A stretch of DNA of 49,027 nucleotides from Chloroflexota bacterium. Lineage in GTDB: Bacteria > Chloroflexota > Dehalococcoidia > Lucifugimonadales > Lucifugimonadaceae. Made by a program: the position numbers and the translations under genes. The notes beneath the pieces are model-generated. The model was not told where the DNA came from. It searched no databases and saw only the letters and a list, made by a program, of their open reading frames with translations. The stretch is from positions 1 to 49,027 of the forward strand of contig JADFHP010000001.1 of NCBI GenBank assembly GCA_022567135.1. The letters are read 5' to 3'. Of this stretch, positions 1 through 7,739 are shown piece by piece (the stretch's first letter is position 1; each line of letters begins with the position of its first letter).

Positions 1-984
1 GAGTATCTTGCTTACGCTCGAAGCTGGCGCCTCTGAAATCTCCTCGGTGGAACTTTCGCCTTCGGCCGAAGCAGCGGTCGCTTCCGCCGCATCGTCCGTG
101 GTCGCCGCAATGGGCGCAACGTGGCCGTTCAGATCGGCCACCTTCAAACGAATGCGGTCCTTGCCCACCCACTCGTCGTACGAATCGTCGTCACCGATGT
201 AGTGAACGTACCAACTGTCCTTTTTCGTCTTTAGCACGACCGCGTCGTACCAATCCCCTTCCCACTCGACCGTGCAGTCCGGCTCCACGGTTGCGGACGC
301 CGGCGGATCGATTTCCTCGTCTTCGCTGGAGACAAGCCCCTCTGAAATCTTCTCGGCGGAACTTTCGACTTCGGTTGAAGCATCGGTCACAGCATCGGAA
401 GCATCCTTCGAAACATCGGTCACAGCATCGGACGCATCCGCCGCATCATCGGTCACAGTATCGGTCGCTTCCGCCGCAGCATCGGACGCATCATCCGTGG
501 TTACCTCCATGGCCGCAACGTGGCCGTCCAGATCGATTATGTCGTTCGGATCGATCGGCTTCAAACGAATGCGGTCCTTGCCCACCCATTCGTCGTACGA
601 ATCGTCGTCACCGATGTAGTGAACGTACCAACTGTCCTCTTTCGTCTCTAGCACGATCGCGTCGTACCAATCCCCTTCCCACTCGACCGTGCAGTCCGGC
701 TCCACCTGTTCGCTGAGTTGTGAGAAGGGTGGAAAGTCGGAGACAATGTCGTAGACCTCGGCCCGCCGAACGGATAGAAACGCTACGAACGAAAAGATCA
801 CCCCGATTACGGCCAGCACACCGGCGATACTCAGAACAATCGACCGCCACTTCGGATTGAGGATGAGTGTGACCAAGAGCACCAACCCACCTAACACCAC
901 GCAGCCGAGGAAAAAAAGTGCCAATAGGGGCGTTGCCCATGTGAATGAATCCGCTTGCCCAAATGAGAAAAATGTCAGTGGCAT
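1..984 (-). CDS. Membrane-anchored protein with two tandem Tudor/Agenet-like (SH3-fold) domains and acidic D/A/S/T-rich linkers; partial, 3' end runs off the left edge
   Basis: Absent from the supplied ORF track because no stop lies in the window. My reverse-strand translation from ATG 984-982 gives MPLTFFSFGQADSFTWATPLLALFFLGCVVLGGLVLLVTLILNPKWRSIVLSIAGVLAVIGVIFSFVAFLSVRRAEVYDIVSDFPPFSQLSEQVEPDCTVEWEGDWYDAIVLETKEDSWYVHYIGDDDSYDEWVGKDRIRLKP... It stays open to nt 1 (328 codons). There are hydrophobic N-terminal helices. The motif EWEGDWYDAxVL..K.DSWYVHYIGDDDSYDEWVGKDRIRL occurs twice. Confidence 0.6.
   Translation of the reverse strand, partial: MPLTFFSFGQADSFTWATPLLALFFLGCVVLGGLVLLVTLILNPKWRSIVLSIAGVLAVIGVIFSFVAFLSVRRAEVYDIVSDFPPFSQLSEQVEPDCTVEWEGDWYDAIVLETKEDSWYVHYIGDDDSYDEWVGKDRIRLKPIDPNDIIDLDGHVAAMEVTTDDASDAAAEATDTVTDDAADASDAVTDVSKDASDAVTDASTEVESSAEKISEGLVSSEDEEIDPPASATVEPDCTVEWEGDWYDAVVLKTKKDSWYVHYIGDDDSYDEWVGKDRIRLKVADLNGHVAPIAATTDDAAEATAASAEGESSTEEISEAPASSVSKIL
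143..705 (-). repeat. Two 146-bp near-identical direct repeats (143-288 and 560-705) inside the Tudor-like gene
   Basis: Aligned by eye, the copies differ at 4 positions (about 97% identity). The period is 417 bp = 139 codons, in frame. Each copy encodes one Tudor-like domain. The linker at 380-500 holds about 33-nt tandem repeats (catcggtcacagcatcgga...). Confidence 0.85.
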
Positions 985-1008
985 GGTTCTACCTGTCTCG
1001 CTTAAAAA

Positions 1009-1135
1009 GTTTAGCGGGGCCGCTTGCGGCCCATGTGTCATACGGCTGCTTTATGTTGAACACGAAATGTTAAATAGGAGATATTAAATGCTAAATACTA
1101 AACGCTAAACTCGGGTCGCAAGCGACCCCGCTAAA
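1009..1135. repeat. Repeat family A, inverted pair: TTTAGCGG + GC hairpin with CTTG loop (1009-1032 forward, 1113-1135 reverse) around an AT-rich core
   Basis: 1009-1032 reads gtttagcggggccgcttgcggccc. The reverse complement of 1113-1135 reads tttagcggggtcgcttgcgaccc. The stems GGGCCG/CGGCCC and GGGTCG/CGACCC differ by one compensated base pair. On the minus strand the second copy is followed by a T-rich tract just after the kinase stop, so it looks like a terminator. Confidence 0.7.
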
Positions 1136-1146
1136 TATAATGGAAG

Positions 1147-3159
1147 TTATTCGTCCGCTTGTTGCTTTGCTATCCGCTCTTCGTGCGGTACCCAGGGGCT
1201 GGCCAGTTGCGTGGTCATGGCGATCACGCCGGCGAGCATCACGCCCCATGGCTGCGGGAACCACCAGAACTGGGCCAGCAGCCATGCCCAGGCCACGCAC
1301 CACACGGTCGACCAGAGGCTCAGCCGTACGCTACGGAGCGGGTCGGCCAACCGCCACCAGCGAAGAATCACCATCAGAAAACCGAAGTAGGCCAGGTATG
1401 CCAGCATCGTGGGTGCGCCATTGGCATCACAGAAAGCATCACGGTTCATTACAGTGCTCAGCAGACCTTCGCCACTGAGGTCACCGCTGTCGGGCAACTC
1501 GACCATCAGCAGACCGGCCAGACCGCAGGCCAAGGCGCCAATCGCCAGTCCGGCGACCAACATGGTAAATCGTAGCACGCCATTGTCGCCACGACGGCCC
1601 TCCCAGCGTTTCGACGGCAGCATCACGGCCCAAGCGCCGACCGTGCCGACCAACGCGATCCAAATCGCTTGTTCTTTCTGCAACGTCGTGCTGATAGCCG
1701 TAGCGAAAATGCCCATCACCACGCTCAGCGGCACGGCCGCTAGCGCAGCGAGCAACATCGAGCCGGTCAGTTCGCCCAGTTTCTCTCGGACCGATTTCTC
1801 GATAAGCGTTGTTCGGTATTCGTCTTGCCAACTGTGCCGACGCCGATGCTTCCCACGTTGGCGCTCAACAAATTTAGCGGCTTTTCCTCTCTGGGCGACA
1901 ACTTCCTTCGATGGCCCTTTCTGTGATGGCCCTTTCTGTGACGGACCGTTCGCGGCGGGCGAAGCAACCCGTGGCGGCTTGCCGCTGGTCTTCATTACTG
2001 GCGCAACCATGGCCCGCACCACCCAGTACACGGCGTAAATCAACAGGGCGGCGAACAGCACCGGCACCCACGCTTCCGAAAAACCGATCAGCCCCAGGAT
2101 CACGATCACCAGCAGCAACGTCTTCACGCCCGGGTGCAGATTCACTCCTGCCCACCACGACTGAATATTCCGCCAACCGTCGTGGACCGCCTTGGCGACC
2201 GGCTCCTCGCCCGATTCTTCGCTGGAAACTTGATCGACCGTGACCGCCTGAACTATCTGGTTCTTGCCTGCCGCAGCGGCTACGTGCGGTGTATAGGCCG
2301 CGCCGGCCACTCCGCCGGCGGGCGGGGCAGGCAGCAGGGCGACCATCTCGCTAATGCTGCCAATTCGTTTATCCGGGTCCTTGGCCATCGCCCGGGCCAC
2401 GATCGTCCGATATGGCTCGTCGAGCGCGCTGAGATCGGGCTCGGCCGTGAGATGCTTCATCAGCACTTCGCCGACACTCTCGCCCTCGAACGGCACGTTG
2501 CCGGTCAGCATCTCGTAAAGCATGATGCCCATGGCGTAGATATCGATTTCACGTCCGTAGCGTCCGTTGGCGATTTCCGGTGCCATGTAATGGATGGTGC
2601 CGATACTCTCAGTCTGGCCGCTGCGTCGCGAGCAAGAAATAAACTTGGCCAGCCCGTAGTCGCCGATCTTGACCGTGCCCTCATCGCTCAGAATGTTGCC
2701 GGGCTTCAAGTCACGGTGTACGACGCCATGGTCGTGCAAGTAGGCCACGCCGGCCGCCATGCCGTGAATCCACCGCAACACGTCGTCTCGGGGCATCCCG
2801 TCGGGGTGGCGATCGATCGCCGTTTCGAGGCTTTCGCCCGCGACGTATTCCATCACGACCCAGCGATCGTCCATGTCGTCGCTTTTGATGTCGTAGAGGC
2901 CGACCAGGTTGGGGTGTTTGAGGTTAAGACATTCGCGCACGCCGCGTAGCTCGACCTCAAGATTGCGGCAAATCAATTTCAGCGCGACCTCTTTGCCGCC
3001 GTCGCTTTCGCCAAAGTAAACCTCGCCGAACCCGCCGCGACCGATGCCGCGATGGATCGTATAACCATCGAGTGGACGCGAGCCGCTCGGGTGCGTGAAT
3101 TTCGTCGCGCCGGCGGGCGGTTTCCCTTCCTTGCTGGCTTGTGTGGCGTTCAGGTTCAT
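1147..3159 (-). CDS. Ser/Thr protein kinase (Hanks-type) with a large C-terminal polytopic membrane domain
   Basis: The 670-aa ORF has a glycine loop GRGGFGEV and VALK. The catalytic loop is HRDLKPGNIL, followed by IGDYGLAKF (DFG-like) and GTIHYMAPE. A GPSQKGPSQKGPSK repeat linker follows, then multiple hydrophobic helices. Confidence 0.9.
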   Translation of the reverse strand: MNLNATQASKEGKPPAGATKFTHPSGSRPLDGYTIHRGIGRGGFGEVYFGESDGGKEVALKLICRNLEVELRGVRECLNLKHPNLVGLYDIKSDDMDDRWVVMEYVAGESLETAIDRHPDGMPRDDVLRWIHGMAAGVAYLHDHGVVHRDLKPGNILSDEGTVKIGDYGLAKFISCSRRSGQTESIGTIHYMAPEIANGRYGREIDIYAMGIMLYEMLTGNVPFEGESVGEVLMKHLTAEPDLSALDEPYRTIVARAMAKDPDKRIGSISEMVALLPAPPAGGVAGAAYTPHVAAAAGKNQIVQAVTVDQVSSEESGEEPVAKAVHDGWRNIQSWWAGVNLHPGVKTLLLVIVILGLIGFSEAWVPVLFAALLIYAVYWVVRAMVAPVMKTSGKPPRVASPAANGPSQKGPSQKGPSKEVVAQRGKAAKFVERQRGKHRRRHSWQDEYRTTLIEKSVREKLGELTGSMLLAALAAVPLSVVMGIFATAISTTLQKEQAIWIALVGTVGAWAVMLPSKRWEGRRGDNGVLRFTMLVAGLAIGALACGLAGLLMVELPDSGDLSGEGLLSTVMNRDAFCDANGAPTMLAYLAYFGFLMVILRWWRLADPLRSVRLSLWSTVWCVAWAWLLAQFWWFPQPWGVMLAGVIAMTTQLASPWVPHEERIAKQQADE

Positions 3160-3236
3160 GGGTCAAACCTATTGTAACGATTCGTAAGCGAGTTGGCTAA
3201 TTATCACGGGATTCAGCGTTTGCGGCTAAAAGCCCT

Positions 3237-4343
3237 CTATAACGATTCTAATCGGATGGCGAAGTCCTCGCCTTCGATCCTTGCGTTGCGGCCAATCGTG
3301 GCATGCCCGTCGGTCGCCTGAGAGTCGATCTTCAGCGGGCCTTGTGTGCGGCAAATCAGGTCGTCGTCTCGTCGGTACAAAACCACATCCCGCCGCCAGG
3401 CTTTGCACGGCACATGACAGTGCGGGTTTGGGCCCAAGATGCACGTGTCCGACATCAGCAGCACGGCATCGGCGGTCGGCTGTGTCTTGTGGTGACTGAC
3501 AATATCGAGCCGGGCCGTGGCGCTGAGCGCGTGCGGCTGGCTAAACTTTATTTTGACCCCCTGTCCCAGGTCGATCACGTTGCCGTCGACCAACCGCGTC
3601 GGTCCCTTGATCGGCTGGGCGTCGATACGAATCGTGCGGCTGGAGAGGGCCTGAACCGGTTCGAGCACGTAACCTTCCTGCTCTCGGCAAATGAGGCAAT
3701 GCCGTCGCGACAGGTCGGCGCGAATCGGCAGGTCGACGGCACCTTCGGTGCTCGGTTGTCCCACGACGATCCGCTCCCCAAGCAGCGTGAGAAAACCTCC
3801 CACGCCGTCCACCCACATCAAGAATCGCTGGTCACTGGATTGTTTCGCCACCGTATCTACCTTTGAGGCATCTCGCCGGCCTCGGGTACTCTTCGTCATG
3901 CTCGAAGGCGCCGTCGCCACAGACTTGGCTTTCGAAGACCCCGAGGCTGCAGACGCGGAACCGTGCCTTCGTAACGATCGAAAAAACTTACCGCCCGAGC
4001 GGCTCGACTGCAAACCGACCGCCTGCCAAGCGCGGTGCTGTGCTCGCTTGGCGACGGCACAGTGCGGCGCCAGCACCAAGAGCGACTCGGTCGTTGCCAA
4101 TACTTCTGTCCAATCAGCCGGAGAAGACGGCTCGCAGGCCAACAAGGCGTGCAAATCTCCGGTTAGTTGGCGGTGCTCGTCCGCCATTACCCTACATTGC
4201 CGATCGTTCTCTTCCAAGAAGGCGGAGAGCGGAGCGGCACATAAGTCCTTGCCCAACGCGGCTGCCCGAGCCCAGTTTTTCACCGCCTCGGCAAACTCAC
4301 CGCGCTGTTGGCGGATCTGTGCCTCGCGGACAGACTGAATCAC
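3237..4343 (-). CDS. FHA-domain protein (two FHA-like modules) with an N-terminal helical/TPR-like region
   Basis: 368 aa. FHA-like segments are RFLMWVDGVGGFLTLLGERIVVGQ...DLPIRADLSRRHCLI...GYVLEP and ...CILGPNPHCHVPC...ATIGRNARIEGEDFAIRL. It lies directly upstream of the kinase on the same strand. Its start overlaps the stop of the preceding gene (ATGA at 4340-4343). Confidence 0.65.
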   Translation of the reverse strand: MIQSVREAQIRQQRGEFAEAVKNWARAAALGKDLCAAPLSAFLEENDRQCRVMADEHRQLTGDLHALLACEPSSPADWTEVLATTESLLVLAPHCAVAKRAQHRAWQAVGLQSSRSGGKFFRSLRRHGSASAASGSSKAKSVATAPSSMTKSTRGRRDASKVDTVAKQSSDQRFLMWVDGVGGFLTLLGERIVVGQPSTEGAVDLPIRADLSRRHCLICREQEGYVLEPVQALSSRTIRIDAQPIKGPTRLVDGNVIDLGQGVKIKFSQPHALSATARLDIVSHHKTQPTADAVLLMSDTCILGPNPHCHVPCKAWRRDVVLYRRDDDLICRTQGPLKIDSQATDGHATIGRNARIEGEDFAIRLESL

Positions 4344-4738
4344 GTGACGCCAGCCCGCGTCGTGGCTTGCTCGGCATCGTGTCGGGCAAGCCGGTCCAAA
4401 CAGGCCAGTGCCTGTTGCGGGTCGCCCGCCATCACCAGCCTCTCGGCTTCACTCAGGGCTCGCGTGACGAACTCGCGGCGTACCGTATCGACCTGGCCTT
4501 CAGCCCCGCCCAATGACGCAGCCGCCCTTAGATCGCGCCAACCCCCCTCGCTTTGTCCGATCGCCGCCCGCTGCTCAGCTCGCTCGGCGATGGACCGCGC
4601 GACGCGGGCCGAAAGCTGCTGGCCGGGCAAAAACTCGCCGAGATCGTTCTGTTCGATTAGACGGCGGGCATCTTCCAACCGTCCTCCCTGATAAGCGAGT
4701 TTGGCTTCGTGCAGTTGAAGTCGCCAGGCTGGGAACAT
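4340..4738 (-). CDS. Small helical (TPR-like) protein, first gene of the TPR-FHA-kinase operon
   Basis: The 132-aa ORF is helical and Ala/Arg/Leu-rich. It is translationally coupled to the FHA gene. I recognised no specific family motif. Confidence 0.4.
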   Translation of the reverse strand: MFPAWRLQLHEAKLAYQGGRLEDARRLIEQNDLGEFLPGQQLSARVARSIAERAEQRAAIGQSEGGWRDLRAAASLGGAEGQVDTVRREFVTRALSEAERLVMAGDPQQALACLDRLARHDAEQATTRAGVT

Positions 4739-4777
4739 GGTAATTATTCATCAGAGTGAAACGGCGTGAAACGTATG

Positions 4778-4870
4778 TTTAGCGGTCCCGCTTGCGGGCC
4801 GTGTTGAACGGTCGCGACAAACGGGCCGCAAACGGCTCGACACACGCACCCGCAAGCGGTCCCGCTAAAC
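4778..4870. repeat. Repeat family A, inverted pair (4778-4800 forward, 4847-4870 reverse) with a third related hairpin between them
   Basis: 4778-4800 reads tttagcggtcccgcttgcgggcc. The reverse complement of 4847-4870 reads gtttagcgggaccgcttgcgggtg. An internal hairpin gggccgcaaacggctc sits at 4823-4838. The pair lies between the TPR-gene start and the stop of the coiled-coil gene. Confidence 0.65.
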
Positions 4871-4883
4871 TTCGGGATTCGAG

Positions 4884-5687
4884 TTAATGACTGGCCTGTG
4901 CCAGGTTGGCGACGATCGGCCGCTCCCATCCAAAGTACTCGGTTACTTCGTCGCGAATTTTGGCCGTGTCGATTTCTTCCAACTGGATCTCGTCGTGATA
5001 CTTTACATCGGCGTTGACGAGCTTCTCGGCCACCGCCAGGCGACTTCGCACGTCGGCCACGAGGTCCTTCACCCGAGCTAACTGACTGTCGTCAAAGTTG
5101 TATTCGCTCGATGCCTGAGCCACCTGGACCAGTTTCATCCGTGCTTCAAGATTTTCGACGTCGACTTCCAGTTGCCGCTTGGCGGCCAGCATGCCGTCGA
5201 GTTTTAGTCGGGCTGCGTCGAGGTTGCGTTGACGCGCGACGAGCATGTTGCGATGGCTTTCGAGCGTGGCGTCGCTCGTCTTATAGCGAGCAAAGCGTCG
5301 TGTCAAATCAGACTTCACCTGGTCCGACGTGTAATGCCGACCGGCAAAGTGATACATACTGCGATCGTCCTTCAAGGCCACTGTGAGCTGCTGAATCTCC
5401 TGGCGAGCCTTGGAGATACTCTGACTGGCTCCGTCGACATGCTTTTCGAGCCGCTCGACTTCGACTTCTTCCTTAGCGATCACGTGCATGCAACGCCGGA
5501 TATCCGGCACCAGATCACGTACCATCTTCCGTGCCCGGTCGATTTCGAACTCGATTGGCACACTTTCGCGGACCGAATCCCGGACCCGCTCGGCGGATGT
5601 CGTGACGTAGCTGCAGACGTTGCCGCCAAAGATCAGCACGCCCAACAGGGACAATCCACCGACTACCAGCAATGTTATCTTGATCAT
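4884..5687 (-). CDS. Membrane-anchored coiled-coil protein (possibly PspA/IM30-like)
   Basis: I trimmed the ORF to the internal ATG at 5687 (MIKITLLVVGGLSLLGVLIFGG...), which is preceded by GGAGG 7-8 nt upstream. It has an N-terminal TM helix followed by about 240 aa of heptad-rich sequence (LEARMKLVQVAQ...). The PspA assignment is tentative. Confidence 0.5.
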   Translation of the reverse strand: MIKITLLVVGGLSLLGVLIFGGNVCSYVTTSAERVRDSVRESVPIEFEIDRARKMVRDLVPDIRRCMHVIAKEEVEVERLEKHVDGASQSISKARQEIQQLTVALKDDRSMYHFAGRHYTSDQVKSDLTRRFARYKTSDATLESHRNMLVARQRNLDAARLKLDGMLAAKRQLEVDVENLEARMKLVQVAQASSEYNFDDSQLARVKDLVADVRSRLAVAEKLVNADVKYHDEIQLEEIDTAKIRDEVTEYFGWERPIVANLAQASH

Positions 5688-5850
5688 AACCAAATCCTCC
5701 AATAGAAAACGGTGTGGGTCGGGTCGCTCCACAAGTCCCGGCGGACACCTCAACATCGATTCGGGGCACTCCACCAGCGCCCACTACAATAGGGATTTCG
5801 CGGGCGGCAGGCCGATCTTGGGCCGCTCCGCAAAAAAAAGTATAAAATAG

Positions 5851-5873
5851 TTTAGCGGGACTGCTGGCGGGTG
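5851..5873 (+). repeat. Repeat family A, solitary degenerate copy
   Basis: The sequence tttagcgggactgctggcgggtg lies in the spacer between the coiled-coil gene and the TA pair. Confidence 0.5.
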
Positions 5874-5959
5874 CGAGTGTGCCTTAAGCACGGCTCGCAA
5901 ACGAGGCTCTGGCGGCCCAGGCGTCTACCCCTGTCAATCCCCCGTGGTACAATGGACGT

Positions 5960-6181
5960 ATGGACGCTCCACTCGAACAAATCCAGCAACTTCCCATCGC
6001 TGACCGATTAAGGCTTGTCGAGCAAATCTGGGACGGGATTGGTGATTCGGACGAGCCGCTCATCCTTCGTGGGTGGCACAAGGACGAGGCCCGACGGCGT
6101 TCTGCCGAATTGGACGCTGACCCGGACATCGCAATAACACGCGAAGAGCTTTGGAAGCGCGTCAACGATGCCAATGGCTGA
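5960..6181 (+). CDS. Putative addiction-module antitoxin (TIGR02574-like component)
   Basis: 73 aa with LPIADRLRLVEQIWDGI...W..E..RR..EL, which matches my recollection of the addiction module component family. It overlaps the downstream ParE/RelE-like gene. Confidence 0.65.
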   Translation: MDAPLEQIQQLPIADRLRLVEQIWDGIGDSDEPLILRGWHKDEARRRSAELDADPDIAITREELWKRVNDANG

Positions 6182-6476
6182 ATCTCTTCGTTTTCATCCG
6201 CACGTAGCCTCTGACTTGCGAGATGCGATTCGTTGGTATACCAACATTTCTCCAGAACTTGCCAACAGATTCCGCGGATCAGTCAACTCTGGCCTCGATG
6301 GTATCCTCAAGAATCCGGTGTTGTATCCCATTGCGTTCGAAGAGGTTCGCTTTGTCCGCGTCAGGTCTTTTCCGCATCTGATCCTCTACCGTTTATTGGG
6401 CAACACAGCTTACGTGCTCGGTGTGTTTCACGGAGCCAGCGATCCGGACAAGTGGCGACAGCGGGCTGAGTCATAA
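6168..6476 (+). CDS. ParE/RelE-family type II toxin
   Basis: 102 aa. The segments FHPHVASDLRDAIRWY...NRF...L..I..NP..YP......R.....FP..I.YR......V.V.GVFHG..DP are typical of plasmid-stabilisation ParE toxins. The gene overlaps the antitoxin by 14 nt; an alternative ATG lies at 6174. Confidence 0.7.
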   Translation: MPMAESLRFHPHVASDLRDAIRWYTNISPELANRFRGSVNSGLDGILKNPVLYPIAFEEVRFVRVRSFPHLILYRLLGNTAYVLGVFHGASDPDKWRQRAES

Positions 6477-6511
6477 TTCAGGGTGAGTGCTTCATGCCTA
6501 GGTGGTGAAAT

Positions 6512-7690
6512 ATGCAGCCCGACCGCGAAAAACTCGTCCAACAGATCCACGCCGGGCCGATGCAGGTCGTTCTGGCCGTGACCGGTGGCGGCAGCACAGC
6601 GATCGGCGATCTGCTGGCCGTGCCCGGGGCCTCCCGTACCGTCCTCGAAGCTAGCGTGCCTTACTCGGCCGATGCACTGGTCGATTACCTCGGGTTTGAG
6701 CCCGATCAGTCCTGCTCGGAGGCAACGGCCCGGGCCCTCGCAATGGTGGCTTTCGAGCGTGCCCGCCGGCTATCGCCCGACGATCCGTACCGGCTCATGG
6801 GTGTCGGTTGCACGGCCAGCCTGGCCAGTGACCGAGAGAAGCGCGGCCCGCATCGGGTACACGTGGCCGTGCAGACGGCACGCGGTACGCAAGTCGTATC
6901 GTGGCAGTTCAACAAGCAGCAACGCAGCCGTGCTGACGAAGAAGATCTCTCAGCCGGTCTGGTACTCGGTGCCATCGCGAATATTGACCGTAGCGACGAG
7001 TCACCGGCGGTCGAGTTCGTACCTGAATTCGGTGAGCGACTCACCACCGATCGCGTGGAGGTCCCGCCGGGCGACGATTCCTGGAGCGATCTTCTGCTCG
7101 GTTCGGCCGAGCGTGTCGCATCGCACTTTTCTAGTCAGGAGCCCCCGACCGAGAAACCACTGAGCCAAGCCATCTTTCCGGGTGCTTTTAACCCGCTGCA
7201 TGAGGCCCATCGGCAGATGGTCGATCTGGCCGGTAAGCATCTCAGCTGCCCCGTCGCCCTGGAATTGTCGATCACCAACGTCGACAAGCGGCCGCTCGAT
7301 TTTCTCGATATCCGTCGCCGACTGCTTGGCTGTCGAGGCTTGCCGGTCTGGCTTACACGAGCCGCCACATTTGCCGAGAAGGCGGCCCTGTTCCCAAAGG
7401 CCACTTTTATTGTCGGGGCCGACACGATTGCCCGCGTGGCCGACGTGAATTACTATGGAAACTGTCAGGAGCGGGATGCCGCGATCGCGGCGATTGCCGC
7501 GTCCGGGTGCCGATTCCTGGTGTTTGGCCGGCTTGTAGAGGGCAAGTTCTGTCCGCTCGAGGGTCTCGATTTGCCGCCCGCGCTTCGACAGCTTTGTGAG
7601 GGTATTGCCGAGCAGACATTTCGTGTTGACGTGTCGTCGAGTGAAATCCGGGAAACGGGCGAAATCCAGGAAGACGGGCGAAATCCGTGA
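6512..7690 (+). CDS. Fusion protein: N-terminal CinA-C/PncC-like domain + C-terminal NadD/NMNAT-like nucleotidyltransferase
   Basis: The N-terminal VLAVTGGGSTAIGDLLAVPGASRTVLEASVPYS...SEATARALA resembles the CinA C-terminal (NMN deamidase) fold. The C-terminal FPGAFNPLHEAH matches the (H/T)xGH nucleotidyltransferase motif. VDVSSSEIR matches the ISSTxxR motif. Confidence 0.6.
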   Translation: MQPDREKLVQQIHAGPMQVVLAVTGGGSTAIGDLLAVPGASRTVLEASVPYSADALVDYLGFEPDQSCSEATARALAMVAFERARRLSPDDPYRLMGVGCTASLASDREKRGPHRVHVAVQTARGTQVVSWQFNKQQRSRADEEDLSAGLVLGAIANIDRSDESPAVEFVPEFGERLTTDRVEVPPGDDSWSDLLLGSAERVASHFSSQEPPTEKPLSQAIFPGAFNPLHEAHRQMVDLAGKHLSCPVALELSITNVDKRPLDFLDIRRRLLGCRGLPVWLTRAATFAEKAALFPKATFIVGADTIARVADVNYYGNCQERDAAIAAIAASGCRFLVFGRLVEGKFCPLEGLDLPPALRQLCEGIAEQTFRVDVSSSEIRETGEIQEDGRNP

Positions 7691-7739
7691 CGGCCATTAA
7701 GTAAACGAGAAACTTGGAACTACTGACTGCGAGTCCGCG

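Noticed and set aside
8-716. Plus-strand ORFs 8..202, 272..619 and 291..716 (Ser/Ala-rich or Arg/Pro-rich)
   Set aside because: They are low-complexity mirror-frame products antisense to a much more convincing minus-strand ORF (TM helices plus folded repeat domains) that is open from 984 to nt 1.
1409-2949. Plus-strand ORFs 1409..2038 and 2134..2949 opposite the Ser/Thr kinase
   Set aside because: These are typical high-GC shadow ORFs. The kinase frame carries every Hanks motif, and the antisense products have no motifs and skewed composition.
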